This document shows, piece by piece, positions 9,083-19,546 of a stretch of 64,000 nucleotides of DNA. Location: assembly GCA_049314455.1 (NCBI GenBank), contig JBMOFC010000003.1:6971-70970 (forward strand), written 5' to 3'. Numbering within the stretch: position 1 is the stretch's first letter; every line of letters starts with the position of its first letter. The DNA is from Chthoniobacterales bacterium (GTDB taxonomy: Bacteria > Verrucomicrobiota > Verrucomicrobiia > Chthoniobacterales > UBA6821). Under the pieces are notes generated by a model, which was not told the origin of the DNA, ran no database searches, and saw only the letters and a program-made list of their open reading frames with translations. The position numbers were made by a program, and so were the translations under genes.

Positions 9083-9793
9083 CTAGCCTCCAAGATATCC
9101 TGTACGAACTTTTGGATTGACCAGGAGTTCTTCTCCAGTACCAGCAAGAGTGATGACTCCCAGTTCGATCAGATAAGCGTGATGTGCAATTTTAAGAGCC
9201 ATTGTCGCATTTTGTTCCACTAGGAGAATAGTCATTCCTTCGGCGTTGATTTTTTTGATAATGGAAAAAATTTCTCGAATGAGTAGTGGAGCCAATCCCA
9301 TAGAAGGTTCATCGAGCAAGAGTAATTGAGGCTCTGTCATCAAGGCTCTTCCAAGGGCTAACATCTGTTGTTCTCCACCTGAAAGTGTTCCTGCGATTTG
9401 TGATAACCGCTCCTGGAGTTTTGGAAAGAAATGGAAAACACGATCCAGATTTTTTTGACGCTTTGCAGAATCATGCGTACGCCAAGCTCCTAGCATGAGA
9501 TTTTCTGAAACTGTAAGGTTGCCAAAAATAGAACGTCCCTCAGGAACAAGGTTAATCCGATGAGAAGCTCGTTTTTCTGGCTCTTCCTGATTTAAAAGTG
9601 CTCCTTGAAAAAAAAGTTTTCCTTCGTAAGAAGTGGCTCCAGCAATGGCGCGCAGTATGGAGGATTTACCAGCACCATTGGAGCCAATAAGCGTGACAAT
9701 ATTTCCCATAGGAACTTCAAAAGAAATACCGCGAACAGCTTTTATTTCACCATAAGAAACAGATAAGTGATCTGCTAAAAAGAAAGAATTCAT
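9083..9793 (-). CDS. livF: branched-chain amino-acid ABC transporter ATP-binding protein LivF
   Basis: GSNGAGKSS, LSGGEQQMLALGRAL, LLLLDEPSMGLAP, and the LivF-type C-terminus (V..AYLG). Confidence 0.88.
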   Translation of the reverse strand: MNSFFLADHLSVSYGEIKAVRGISFEVPMGNIVTLIGSNGAGKSSILRAIAGATSYEGKLFFQGALLNQEEPEKRASHRINLVPEGRSIFGNLTVSENLMLGAWRTHDSAKRQKNLDRVFHFFPKLQERLSQIAGTLSGGEQQMLALGRALMTEPQLLLLDEPSMGLAPLLIREIFSIIKKINAEGMTILLVEQNATMALKIAHHAYLIELGVITLAGTGEELLVNPKVRTGYLGG

Positions 9794-9901
9794 GTTGTAA
9801 GAACAAATATCCTAGTTGAATGACGCCATAATAGATAGGGTCTTTTGAATACTTGAATTTCTAAAATAGATAGGCTTTATTTCAGCAACTTTCTTTCAAC
9901 A

Positions 9902-10065
9902 TATAGTCTTTTAAATCCATAAGGGCACGATCTAAACTTGCTCTTTTTCTTGATAACAGCGTTCTCATCACTCACGTTATCTTAAGATAGCGCTCGTTCT
10001 TCGGCCTTGTTATAAAAGAAAAATTTCATCGTCTTATCGCGCTCTTCTCTCTTTAAAAGACTATA
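9902..10065. repeat. Family A element, copy A2 (164 bp), inverted relative to A1
   Basis: Same TATAGTCTTTTAAA termini. Hand alignment to the reverse complement of A1 shows only a handful of substitutions and one 1-nt indel. Confidence 0.9.
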
Positions 10066-10079
10066 AACCAATTTTTAAA

Positions 10080-10607
10080 ATGAAACTGTATAAAATATTC
10101 CTCTTCACAAACATTCTTTTTTTTGTTTTTTCTTTTTCTCTCTTTTCTATGTCATCTTCAGAAGTCCAAATTCCTTTACTTCATGCGCATGATCTCAATG
10201 GTAAAAGCCTGGTCCTGCCTAATGATCTCTCTGCTCAGAAAACGCTTCTCCTTGTCGCTTTTGAGCGACAACAGCAAGAGGCTGTCGATTCTTGGATAAC
10301 TGCTCTAGAGCTTCGCTCTCCTAAAAATCAGATCGCCTGGGTTGAGGTCCCTCTTTTACAACGACCTTGGAAGCTAGTTGCTTCCTGGATTGACCATGGA
10401 ATGAGACGCGGTATCACCGAAGAAGCTTTTCGAGCGCATGTTTGGACGATCTACACCAATCGATCTTCTTTTTTAAAAGCATTAGGACTTACTGGAACCA
10501 AGTCGATTGTGGTTTTGGTTATTAATAAAAAGGGAGTTATTTTAGAAAAAGTCTCAGGTGACTATACTAAGGATAAAGCTCCATTAATTCTAAAAGCTCT
10601 TCATTGA
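10080..10607 (+). CDS. hypothetical secreted protein
   Basis: N-terminal hydrophobic signal-like segment (IFLFTNILFFVFSFSLFS). I recognise no catalytic motif. Coding potential rests on ORF length and its position ahead of co-directional genes. Confidence 0.55.
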   Translation: MKLYKIFLFTNILFFVFSFSLFSMSSSEVQIPLLHAHDLNGKSLVLPNDLSAQKTLLLVAFERQQQEAVDSWITALELRSPKNQIAWVEVPLLQRPWKLVASWIDHGMRRGITEEAFRAHVWTIYTNRSSFLKALGLTGTKSIVVLVINKKGVILEKVSGDYTKDKAPLILKALH

Positions 10608-10621
10608 GAAAGCTCATTTTT

Positions 10622-11416
10622 ATGAATTCTCCATCCATAACAATCAACAATAACAGTGCAACTGATCGTCCCGTAGCCTTGGTTATTGGGGCTTCAGGAG
10701 GCATTGGCTCTTCTGTTGTAGCCTCCCTTCTTTCCAAAGGATGGGATGTTATTGCTGCTGCTCGCGATCATGAAAAATTGGAGTCAGCACTTGCTCCTCT
10801 TAACAATCAATCAGGGCGACTTAAAATAGGTGTGTTAGATGCCTCTAATAGTAGTGAGGTCACTTCTTTTTTTGATTCTACAGTCACTGAATGTGGGCGC
10901 CTCGATGGTGTGGTGAACTGTGCTGGGTCGATTCTTCTGAAACCGGCCCATTTAATCAGCAATGAAGAATTTGAAGAGACCTTATCTTTAAATTTAAAAA
11001 CAGCATTTTATCTTCTGCGCCCTTCTGTACGTCTCATGATGAAGCAACCTACAGGTGGTAGTATCGTCTTTTGTTCTTCGGTTGCAGCGCAGCGGGGACT
11101 GATCAATCATGAGGCTATTGCTGCTGCTAAGGCTGGTATCGAGGGGATGGCTCTTGCTGCTGCTGCCACCTATGCATCCTACAACATTCGGGTCAATTGT
11201 GTAGCACCAGGATTGATCCGCACTGGCTTAACTCAAAAATTCACAGAGAACGAAGCGATCCTCAAAAAATCAGCAGCCATGCATCCGCTTGGTCGTATCG
11301 GAGAGCCTACAGAGGTAGCCTCAGCTATTACCTGGTTTTTAGATCCTATACAGTCTTGGGTTACAGGTCAGGTGCTGAGTGTGGATGGGGGACTAGGTAA
11401 TCTTCAAGCTCGTTAA
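10622..11416 (+). CDS. short-chain dehydrogenase/reductase (SDR)
   Basis: GASGGIGSSV cofactor motif and an NCAG/SS..Y...K-type catalytic region (AATYASYNIRVNCVAPG). The ATG at 10622 is preferred over the TTG at 10604. Confidence 0.85.
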   Translation: MNSPSITINNNSATDRPVALVIGASGGIGSSVVASLLSKGWDVIAAARDHEKLESALAPLNNQSGRLKIGVLDASNSSEVTSFFDSTVTECGRLDGVVNCAGSILLKPAHLISNEEFEETLSLNLKTAFYLLRPSVRLMMKQPTGGSIVFCSSVAAQRGLINHEAIAAAKAGIEGMALAAAATYASYNIRVNCVAPGLIRTGLTQKFTENEAILKKSAAMHPLGRIGEPTEVASAITWFLDPIQSWVTGQVLSVDGGLGNLQAR

Positions 11417-11439
11417 CACTAACTAAAAAAACTACTACT

Positions 11440-12060
11440 ATGTCTCGTCTACTTGTCGTCAACAGCAGCGCTCGGGGAGAGGGCTCCGTCAGCCGTTCCT
11501 TGGTCAAAGAATTCCTCTCTCTGCGTGTTAAGAACCATCCTGAGGAAGAAGTCACTCAACGTGATGTGAGTAAGGAACCATTACCAATCGTTACCGAAAG
11601 TTGGATTATCGGAGCTTATGCACCCGAAGAGCATCAAACTGTTGAAACAAAAGCTGCCATTGCGGTTTCTGATGCTCTCGTCGATGAATTTCTCGCAGCA
11701 GACCGTTATGTTTTCGGAGTGCCAATCTACAACCTAAATGTTCCTGCCGCTTTCAAAGCCTACATTGATCAGATTGTCCGCGTACGAAAGACTTTTGGAG
11801 TAGGCCCCAACGGATACGAAGGATTGGTTAAGGGAAGGAAAGCATTGGTGATCGCAGCTTATGGAGGCGTCTTCTCACCTGGATCTCCTTACGCAGCTTA
11901 TAACTTCCATGAGCCCTATCTAAGGGCTATCTTCGGATTTATTGGAGTCACTGACATCCAATTCATTGTCGCTGACGGTCAGAATATCGGAGACGAAGCA
12001 GCTGCTGCCTCAAAAGCCAAAGCACAAGTCGAAATCAAGGCTCTAGCTGCTAACTGGTAA
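11440..12060 (+). CDS. azoR: FMN-dependent NADH-azoreductase / NAD(P)H quinone oxidoreductase-like flavodoxin-fold protein
   Basis: [20 protein letters not shown]-terminus, [18 protein letters not shown], about 200 aa. Confidence 0.8.
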   Translation: MSRLLVVNSSARGEGSVSRSLVKEFLSLRVKNHPEEEVTQRDVSKEPLPIVTESWIIGAYAPEEHQTVETKAAIAVSDALVDEFLAADRYVFGVPIYNLNVPAAFKAYIDQIVRVRKTFGVGPNGYEGLVKGRKALVIAAYGGVFSPGSPYAAYNFHEPYLRAIFGFIGVTDIQFIVADGQNIGDEAAAASKAKAQVEIKALAANW

Positions 12061-12074
12061 TCCTCGAAGAAACG

Positions 12075-12662
12075 ATGAAGACTCAAATGCTTCAACGTTC
12101 ACTCTTCTTGATGCTTTTGCTCTTCATGAGCTCCTGCACATTAAGAGCACTGCCTACAGAAACCACGGTAAGCAATAAAATGAATAACTCGAATAATTAC
12201 TCCTACCCAATCCCACCACAAGAACGGAGAAAAAAGTTAACTTCTATTCAGTATGAGGTGACTCAGAATGCCGCGACGGAGCCGGCTTTCCACAATGAAT
12301 TTTGGAATAACCATCAGCCAGGTATCTATGTTGATGTGGTTTCTGGAAAGCCTCTCTTCAGCTCGTTGGACAAGTTTGATTCGGGTTGTGGATGGCCAAG
12401 TTTCACAAAGCCCGTCGATTCTAAGGAAATAGTCGAAAAGAAAGATTTCTCTTTTGGAATGGAGCGAACCGAAATTCGCTCCTCTTCTGCAAACTCTCAT
12501 TTGGGCCATGTCTTTGATGATGGTCCTGGTCCTACGCACCAGAGGTATTGTATCAATTCCGCCTCACTGAGATTTATTCCCGTGGATCAGATGGAAGCAG
12601 CGGGTTATGGTAATTTGCTGGCACCTTTTGTTGCTGCGGGACTGGTGAAATCTTCTCATTAG
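12075..12662 (+). CDS. msrB: peptide-methionine (R)-S-oxide reductase with N-terminal lipoprotein-type signal
   Basis: SelR domain motifs [31 protein letters not shown] and RYCINS. The N-terminus is LLLFMSSC. Confidence 0.9.
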   Translation: MKTQMLQRSLFLMLLLFMSSCTLRALPTETTVSNKMNNSNNYSYPIPPQERRKKLTSIQYEVTQNAATEPAFHNEFWNNHQPGIYVDVVSGKPLFSSLDKFDSGCGWPSFTKPVDSKEIVEKKDFSFGMERTEIRSSSANSHLGHVFDDGPGPTHQRYCINSASLRFIPVDQMEAAGYGNLLAPFVAAGLVKSSH

Positions 12663-13981
12663 AGCGTTTTAAAATTTTTCTCAAATCCAGCACCATATCC
12701 CGTTAGCTCGAGAAAAGCCGAACCAACTTCCTGATTGTTACCATCAAGAACACGACAGGCACCTTCCCAATAGCTCAGGCCGTTATTCCCGACGAGTTCT
12801 TGATTCTCTGCAAGTGGAACTAACAAAAAAGTGACGGGTTGATTATTCTTAGGATCCATGGTATGAAGCCGCATGCTAATAGGATAACGGATTTGCGTGG
12901 TTGGGCTTTTCCAATAACTAACAGGTTCCATTGAAAATTCTTTTCCACTGTAAGCAGTCAGTTTTCCCTGTGGGTCAATCCAAGTCAGTGTGGAAAAAGG
13001 GTCCTGGGTTCCATCAGCACTGCGCATGCGATAAGCCATGATTTCGTATCCCTCTTTCACTTGAAGTGAACACCAATCCCAGCCTGTTTGATTGGAATCA
13101 AGCCGTCTTGTGCTAATTTCATGGTCCATCCAAGCTTCTCCATGGACCTGTTCTTCTTGAGTTCCATTAAGAAGCGTTCCTTCTACTTGAAGTCGTGGAA
13201 AGGTCATATAGTAGCTCAAATTTTCGGGATCCTTTCCTTTCCTTAGGATAGAATTTTTGCCAAAGATAACGAGTGGCTTGAGTGGTTTTAATGTGAGTTC
13301 TAAGGAAACCTCCCCTCGAATAGAGCCAGAGAGATGGATTGTTTTTTTTATGGGATCATTCATCACAAGTGACCAATTGCCATTACGTAGATCGAGTTTT
13401 TCAGAAGAAGCAGAGGCATCCCACCCATTACGGTTCCAACGTCGCTGAAAAAGAAACTTTTTTTTCTGCACATCTAAAAGCGCTATATCTGCAAAGAAAA
13501 TAGTTTGAAAACCAAAATCACTTTGTATTTCAAGAAGCTCTTCAGAAAAAGGATTGAGTGCTGTTGCAAAAAAAGTGGATTCAAATCCAAAGCGCTTTCC
13601 TTTTTTGGTAAAAAGATGACCTGTGATGTACCACCATTCGATTTTAAAATCATCATGACTTCCATAGTCCCTGGGAAAAGAGAAATGATGCCCTTCTTGT
13701 GGAATCGAAAAGCCATCTTGAGTGACTAGCCCAGATATTTTCTGTTGAGGAGCCGCTTGGAGTTGGAGTGACAGAAATAGGAAGAAAAATGAGAGAATGA
13801 GCTGTTTATTAGACTTCTTGCATGACTCTACTGCTACTACGAATTGCTGTGTCGCTCCGAACATTATCCCCGCAGGGGAGGGAATCGCATCCTCAAGTAC
13901 CTCATGTACACTGCGTTTCTGCGAGCCGGAGGCTCCTTTTACTTCATCACCAGCAGCGAGTTTTGTAAGAAGTCTATTCAT
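12659..13981 (-). CDS. AttH/CrtC-like secreted protein (hydroxyneurosporene-synthase-like N-domain plus lipocalin-like C-domain)
   Basis: [13 protein letters not shown] motif near the N-domain. A hydrophobic signal segment ([16 protein letters not shown]) lies about 55 aa in, so the true start may be internal (for example the Met at 13864). It is the last gene of an ATPase-FtsX permease cluster. Confidence 0.65.
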   Translation of the reverse strand: MNRLLTKLAAGDEVKGASGSQKRSVHEVLEDAIPSPAGIMFGATQQFVVAVESCKKSNKQLILSFFFLFLSLQLQAAPQQKISGLVTQDGFSIPQEGHHFSFPRDYGSHDDFKIEWWYITGHLFTKKGKRFGFESTFFATALNPFSEELLEIQSDFGFQTIFFADIALLDVQKKKFLFQRRWNRNGWDASASSEKLDLRNGNWSLVMNDPIKKTIHLSGSIRGEVSLELTLKPLKPLVIFGKNSILRKGKDPENLSYYMTFPRLQVEGTLLNGTQEEQVHGEAWMDHEISTRRLDSNQTGWDWCSLQVKEGYEIMAYRMRSADGTQDPFSTLTWIDPQGKLTAYSGKEFSMEPVSYWKSPTTQIRYPISMRLHTMDPKNNQPVTFLLVPLAENQELVGNNGLSYWEGACRVLDGNNQEVGSAFLELTGYGAGFEKNFKTL

Positions 13982-16526
13982 GATGATCTACATTGAGTTG
14001 CGAGCATTTAAAAGCCACTCCGTAGGCAACGCTAACACCTGAGATCACGACAGCAATTCCGAGAAGTGCTAGGGAAAAATAGGGGAGTGTGAATTGTAGG
14101 GTCCACCCAAAGCTTTGTTTGTTGATCACGTAGATGAGGATGGAGCCAATACCAAGACTACTCATGATTCCAACAACGGCACCACTCATTGCCAGAATTC
14201 CCCCTTCTAGAGCGGTTGCCAGAGCGATGGTGTGGTAGGAGCAACCCAGAGCTCGAAGAGTTGTGATCTCTTTAGTGCGATCCATGAGAATATTAGAAAG
14301 AGTCATTCCGAGCCCAATAATAGCAACAATGATTCCAATAAGCTCTAGGGCATAGGTGATCGAAAAAGTCTGATGAAAAACACGTAAAATTTCTTCACGC
14401 AGATTTTTGTTAGTGAGAATAGTGAGTCCAGGAAAGCGAGAAGCGAGTTGCAGTCTTAATTCTTCGGCATCCACACCAGAGCGTAGCATAACAATTAAAA
14501 TCGTTGCCAAGTTATCATCAAAATAAGTGATGAAATGACGTCGATCCAAAAAGAGAGATCCTTGTTCATTACCGTAATCAGAAAAGACCCCAGCAATGGT
14601 CATTTCTTGAGTTCCCGAGGGGGTAGGGATCATGAGATGATCTCCAAGCTTGACGTGAAAACGTTCTAAAAAACTTTCGTTTGCCAGAAGGAGGTGTGCA
14701 TTTTTTTCTTCATGAAAGAAATTATCATTTATAGGATGTTGTTTCCAGAGGATATTGTGATGACGCTTGAGAAAATCGATATCAATGCCACTCATCATCG
14801 TTGGTAGCTTGTTCAGTATGATCGTATGTGATGCGATTACTTGAACATCAACAACAGCTGGGTCATGAGCAATCTCCTGCCAGATTGGAGGCGCAATTTG
14901 ATGCTCCAGAGAGTTGCCTTGATAATCAGCGCTACTGATGTAGAGGTCTGCTTGAAAGGTGACATCGATCCAACGATGGAGTGTTGTTTCAAAGCTTTCG
15001 ATGAGGATGAGCATTCCAGCTGCCATTGTAACACCACAGAGAATTCCGGAGGCAGCAAAGTAATGGCGTTTTGAAAGGGGATGTAGATGGCTCATGGCTA
15101 ATCGGAGCATGGGAGAAAATTTCCCAAAGAATGAAAAAAGAGCGCCCAACTTTTCTATGAAAGCACCACAAAAAATACCTCCCCCTAAAATTAAAAAGAA
15201 TGTGGCCACATATCCACCAAGTGGAAGACGTGTGGTTTTAAAAAGAGTTACCACAGGTGCTAAAGACAAACATCCGCTTAGGAGTAGGAAAAGAAATCCT
15301 AATTTCATCGATTGTAGCAACCCATTGGGCCGCTCACGATCATATTCCTGCGAGAGTATTTGAGCTGGAGGTGTCCGTGCTGCCTGACGTGCGGGCCACC
15401 AGCCAGTAAGTAACGCAGAGCCAATGGCAAGGATCATAGCTAATAAGAATTCTCCGCCATCTAAATGAGCAGCCTCAACGGTTGTGGTGTAATAAAGAGC
15501 ACTCACCACGGCAGCAACAGAGCGCACCGCAAGCTGAGCAGCTCCCCAACCTAGAAGACTTCCTACGATTCCACCACAGAGTCCCAATAAGAGAGCTTCG
15601 ATCAGCCAATGATGGTGGATCATTTGCTCTGTAATCCCAAGCGAACGCAAAATAGCAATTTCACGACGCCTCCTGACCACCGCTCCATCAAGAGCTTGAA
15701 AAATAAGATAGAGACCAGCTAAGAGTGCAATAAAAGAAAGGATCGTAAGGTTTGTCCTAAAGGCTTTTGTCATGAGCGCTGTTTTTTTGCGTTCATCCTG
15801 AGAGGTGGTAATTTCAAAATGCCCTCGACTATTTTTCTTCAAAATTTCTAAAAGTTCCTTTTTCTTCTCCTCTCTCAGTGGGCCTTCGGGAAGAAGACAT
15901 CCTATTTGTGATATTTTCCCTTCATGATGTGTGAGGGATTGTAAGAACGGCAGATCCACCATAATTAGGCGGGAAGAGACTTTAGGATGTGATGGTGTTT
16001 CAGGAATCCATCCAGCAATGTGGAAATCAATCATCTCATCCTGAACCACCAATGGAAAAAGATCTCCAATCTTTAAATGTTTTTTCAATCCCAATTCATG
16101 ACTGATAAAAAGACCAGCTATCTTTTGATTTGGTGCTGAAGAACTATTTTCTAACTCTTCGGGAGACCTCAAGTTTTGCAAAGCAACTAAATCTAAACCG
16201 ACAAGTTGAAAAAGAGGGCGAGAAACAGCATGTTCATTTGGAACGAAGGGCTCTGTTGCAGTGAGATCTAAAATAGGAATCAATTCAACCGGCATCGCCC
16301 CTAAAGATTCTCTCAACTCTTTTAGGATGCTTGTGGAGAGCTCTCCAGTAGTTGCCTTGAGTTGATAGTCACTTTCTTGATGGAGGAGCGTTGTAAAATG
16401 TTCAAAGCTACTCAAAGCAGCCTTATTGGCAAGGCGTATAGAAAAGAAGACAGCAATCCCCAAAGAGAGTATAAAAATTTGTAGAAATGTCTGCCTTGGG
16501 GTCTTGAGCCAATGACGCAACGTCAT
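13974..16526 (-). CDS. ABC transporter permease, fused double FtsX-domain type (AttF/AttG-like)
   Basis: Two FtsX-like 4-TM modules. The N-terminus MTLRHWLKTPRQTFLQIF is typical of the family. The ORF is open to 16658, but that extension overlaps the ATPase gene by 65 nt. Confidence 0.8.
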   Translation of the reverse strand: MTLRHWLKTPRQTFLQIFILSLGIAVFFSIRLANKAALSSFEHFTTLLHQESDYQLKATTGELSTSILKELRESLGAMPVELIPILDLTATEPFVPNEHAVSRPLFQLVGLDLVALQNLRSPEELENSSSAPNQKIAGLFISHELGLKKHLKIGDLFPLVVQDEMIDFHIAGWIPETPSHPKVSSRLIMVDLPFLQSLTHHEGKISQIGCLLPEGPLREEKKKELLEILKKNSRGHFEITTSQDERKKTALMTKAFRTNLTILSFIALLAGLYLIFQALDGAVVRRRREIAILRSLGITEQMIHHHWLIEALLLGLCGGIVGSLLGWGAAQLAVRSVAAVVSALYYTTTVEAAHLDGGEFLLAMILAIGSALLTGWWPARQAARTPPAQILSQEYDRERPNGLLQSMKLGFLFLLLSGCLSLAPVVTLFKTTRLPLGGYVATFFLILGGGIFCGAFIEKLGALFSFFGKFSPMLRLAMSHLHPLSKRHYFAASGILCGVTMAAGMLILIESFETTLHRWIDVTFQADLYISSADYQGNSLEHQIAPPIWQEIAHDPAVVDVQVIASHTIILNKLPTMMSGIDIDFLKRHHNILWKQHPINDNFFHEEKNAHLLLANESFLERFHVKLGDHLMIPTPSGTQEMTIAGVFSDYGNEQGSLFLDRRHFITYFDDNLATILIVMLRSGVDAEELRLQLASRFPGLTILTNKNLREEILRVFHQTFSITYALELIGIIVAIIGLGMTLSNILMDRTKEITTLRALGCSYHTIALATALEGGILAMSGAVVGIMSSLGIGSILIYVINKQSFGWTLQFTLPYFSLALLGIAVVISGVSVAYGVAFKCSQLNVDHHE

Positions 16527-16593
16527 TCGTTTGAGGAGCAGAAGAATCAATGAGAAGCGTTTCACTTGTTTTTTGGTGGATACATATCTCCAC

Positions 16594-17274
16594 TCATTTC
16601 TCCAGCATTTTTCCATCACACATTTCAAAAATATGATGACAGATGCGAGCTGCCTCATGACTGTGAGTTACCATTAGCGTGGTTATTTGATATTCTTCAG
16701 AGAGCTCTGCGATAAGGTCTAATATTTTAGTACCGTTGACGGAATCTAAGTTTCCTGTCGGTTCATCAGCTAAAAGAAGAGAAGGGCGATGCACTAATGC
16801 TCGAGCGATAGCAACGCGTTGCATTTCTCCACCGGAGAGCTCCGTTGGTAATGCTTTGAGTCGATGCTGTAAACTGACTCGATTTAACAATTCCATCACT
16901 CGCTCTTGGCGCTCGGAGACCTTGATTCCAAGGAGCTGTAGTGGAAATTCGATATTTTCAAAAACGGATAGGGTAGGTAACAAATGGAAAAATTGAAAAA
17001 TAGTTCCAATGCATTCTCGTCGCATCTTAGTGAGCTCTTGGCTGGAAAGGTCTTCTAGTTTTAATCCATTCACCTCAATGGATCCACGATCACCACGATC
17101 GATACCTCCTAAGCAATTAAGCAGAGTTGTCTTACCACATCCAGAAGGTCCTACTAGAGCAATTCTTTTTCCACGCTCCAAAGAAAAAGAGAGATCACTT
17201 AAGACAGGAGACAATCGATAACTTTTACTTAAATGAGTGACGCGTACGATGTCTTGTTGGTTGGAAGGCATCAT
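16594..17274 (-). CDS. ABC transporter ATP-binding protein (LolD/MacB-type)
   Basis: [36 protein letters not shown]. Confidence 0.88.
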   Translation of the reverse strand: MMPSNQQDIVRVTHLSKSYRLSPVLSDLSFSLERGKRIALVGPSGCGKTTLLNCLGGIDRGDRGSIEVNGLKLEDLSSQELTKMRRECIGTIFQFFHLLPTLSVFENIEFPLQLLGIKVSERQERVMELLNRVSLQHRLKALPTELSGGEMQRVAIARALVHRPSLLLADEPTGNLDSVNGTKILDLIAELSEEYQITTLMVTHSHEAARICHHIFEMCDGKMLEK

Positions 17275-17287
17275 TAGGAAAAATTCT

Positions 17288-17698
17288 TCATTTAGATCCT
17301 ACGTTACAGTGACCAGAATTGCACTGAGTGCGGCCAAAAAGATTTCCAAGAGGCACCCGATAACGCGCAAAAATTTCATAAGCAACATTGGCTATAGGAT
17401 GAATCAGTGGCCACGAGAGTGGGGCCACCAAGCAACCGAGGCCTAAGAGTCGATATGCTTCGATGAAAACTTCTACTTTTTTAATGATCCGACCATCATA
17501 AAAAACCCCATGAATGACTCCCATTACTTTTTTATGAGTGAGGCCATAACAAGCTGGGTCGAAATGGGGCGAAGTAATATCTTCAAAAGCGAGGTTTCCT
17601 TTTTTGTCATGCTTAGCCATCCAAGCAATCTCACGTTTACAAAAAGGACATTCTCCATCATAGAGGAGTTTTAGTTTCCAGGCTGAAGATTCATTCAT
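17288..17698 (-). CDS. DCC-family thiol-disulfide oxidoreductase (DUF393)
   Basis: LLYDGECPFCKREI motif at the N-terminus, about 136 aa. Confidence 0.75.
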   Translation of the reverse strand: MNESSAWKLKLLYDGECPFCKREIAWMAKHDKKGNLAFEDITSPHFDPACYGLTHKKVMGVIHGVFYDGRIIKKVEVFIEAYRLLGLGCLVAPLSWPLIHPIANVAYEIFARYRVPLGNLFGRTQCNSGHCNVGSK

Positions 17699-17718
17699 GA
17701 AATACGACCTTATTCTTT

Positions 17719-18732
17719 TTATCGATAACTAGCAATTTTTTTGACTGTATCGATAGCTTCTTCACAAGAAGAGAGAAGGGTTACTTGATTTTCAAAATGA
17801 GTGTCTTGGGCTATTTTTAGTAAAAGTGGCCAGACTGGCTTTGTTTTCTCTGGATAATCACCATGAATATTCGGCTTAGGATTCCAATATTCTTTATTAA
17901 ATAAAATAAGAGGACGTTTTTTTCTGGTAGTGTAGTGATGGTTTTGTGCAGCTGCATCAAAAACCTCCTGAACTGTAGCAACAGATCCTTCAAAGAAAAT
18001 AATTCCCTGCTCGCAAATACTTAATAAGACTGTCTCACGATGAGCGTTATTAAAGAATTTTGCAATACTGGTTGCAAAGACATTGGTGAGTTCATGTGGA
18101 TAATGCCATGTCGGAATCGCCAGACTTCGCCTTTGATGTTTTTCATATGAGGAAAGCGTTTGCAAACGAAGATTCCATGCCTCTTGTAACAAAAACTGCT
18201 CCTGATTATTATTAGCTCTCGGAAGCGTGATATCTTTAATAGCTTCTGGAAGAGCCGAATCATCTAGAGGTGCTAACCAAGCTCCAAGATTAGCTGCTTC
18301 CATAACTCCTGGACCACCCCCAGTAACAACAAGGTATTTTTCTCGCGTCAGCTGTCGGGCGGTTTTTGCTACTTCAAAATATAATTCTGAGCTTCTTGGA
18401 ACTGCATGGCCCCCCATGATTCCTATCAATCCATGGCACCCTTCATGAGGCAGCGCCTGGAGCGACTCCAAATATTTTTTTATTTCCACATCAAGGAAAT
18501 AATCGTGAAAATATTTTTTTAATTTCTGCTTTTTTGAAGATCTTACGAGATCTTTTGGTTTTAGAGATTCTGCTTTAATAGCCTCTTCTTCATGGTCACT
18601 TTGATTTTCGAGAGAAATCCTCCAATCAAGGGTTGTTTTATAGCTCTCTTGAATTTCTGGATTGTATCCCTCAAAAAGTTCTTCGACGGTGTATAAGTTT
18701 TTACGATGGTATAAAATGTTTCCGTTGTGCAT
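17719..18732 (-). CDS. LOG/TIGR00730-family Rossmann-fold nucleotide-binding protein with N-terminal extension
   Basis: VVTGGGPGVMEAANLGA matches the LOG GGGxGxM motif. The second LOG motif is divergent. Confidence 0.6.
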   Translation of the reverse strand: MHNGNILYHRKNLYTVEELFEGYNPEIQESYKTTLDWRISLENQSDHEEEAIKAESLKPKDLVRSSKKQKLKKYFHDYFLDVEIKKYLESLQALPHEGCHGLIGIMGGHAVPRSSELYFEVAKTARQLTREKYLVVTGGGPGVMEAANLGAWLAPLDDSALPEAIKDITLPRANNNQEQFLLQEAWNLRLQTLSSYEKHQRRSLAIPTWHYPHELTNVFATSIAKFFNNAHRETVLLSICEQGIIFFEGSVATVQEVFDAAAQNHHYTTRKKRPLILFNKEYWNPKPNIHGDYPEKTKPVWPLLLKIAQDTHFENQVTLLSSCEEAIDTVKKIASYR

Positions 18733-18745
18733 ATTTTTTTTACAC

Positions 18746-19546
18746 CTATTTTTCTTCTTCTCCTAAATAAGCCTCAATAACGCGCCTGTTTTGACGAATT
18801 TCTCCAGGAGTTCCCTCAGCAATGAGCAGGCCAAAATCAAGTACTAATAAGCGATCGCACAGTTCCATCATGAAGGGCATATGATGTTCAATCAGCAGCA
18901 TGCTGAGGGAAAATTCTCTTTGAACCCAGCGAAGTAATTCCATAAGTTCGTGCATTTCTGAATCATTCATGCCCGCTACAGGCTCATCTAAGAGAAGTAG
19001 GCGTGGACGAAGGGCGAGTGCTCGTGCAATTTCTAAGCGACGTTGATCGCCATAGGAGAGGTCGCCTGCAATGCTGTGAGCAAGAGAGGTCATCTTAAAT
19101 AAATTAAGGAGCTCCATGGCTATTTTGTGAGATTTTTTTTCTTGAGCACGTGCTGTTGAGGTTCTTAAAAATGCATCCAGTGGGGTATAGTTTAGGTGCC
19201 TATCACAAGCGATACGGACATTTTCAAGAACGCTTAGCTGTTTAAAAAGTCGTATATTTTGAAATGTTCTTGCAATTCCTAAGCGTGTTATTTGAGCGGC
19301 GGTTTTAGTATGAATTTTCTGACCTAGCCAAGTGATACTGCCAGAACTAGGAGCAATAATACCTGAAAGAAGATTAAAAAAAGTCGTCTTGCCTGCTCCA
19401 TTGGGTCCAATAATTCCGAGACATTCATCCTTCTTGAGCTGAAAAGAAAGATCAACAATGGTACGCATTCCTCCAAAATTTTTGTTGAGGAGAGTAACCT
19501 CTAGGAGAGGGGAATCGACAGCAATGTTGTGAAATTCAAGATCCAT
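18746..19546 (-). CDS. livG: branched-chain amino-acid ABC transporter ATP-binding protein LivG
   Basis: GPNGAGKTT, LSYGDQRRLEIARAL, LLLLDEPVAGMN. The ATG at 19546 gives a LivG-like N-terminus; the ORF-track start at 19600 is a GTG lying deep inside livM. Confidence 0.88.
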   Translation of the reverse strand: MDLEFHNIAVDSPLLEVTLLNKNFGGMRTIVDLSFQLKKDECLGIIGPNGAGKTTFFNLLSGIIAPSSGSITWLGQKIHTKTAAQITRLGIARTFQNIRLFKQLSVLENVRIACDRHLNYTPLDAFLRTSTARAQEKKSHKIAMELLNLFKMTSLAHSIAGDLSYGDQRRLEIARALALRPRLLLLDEPVAGMNDSEMHELMELLRWVQREFSLSMLLIEHHMPFMMELCDRLLVLDFGLLIAEGTPGEIRQNRRVIEAYLGEEEK

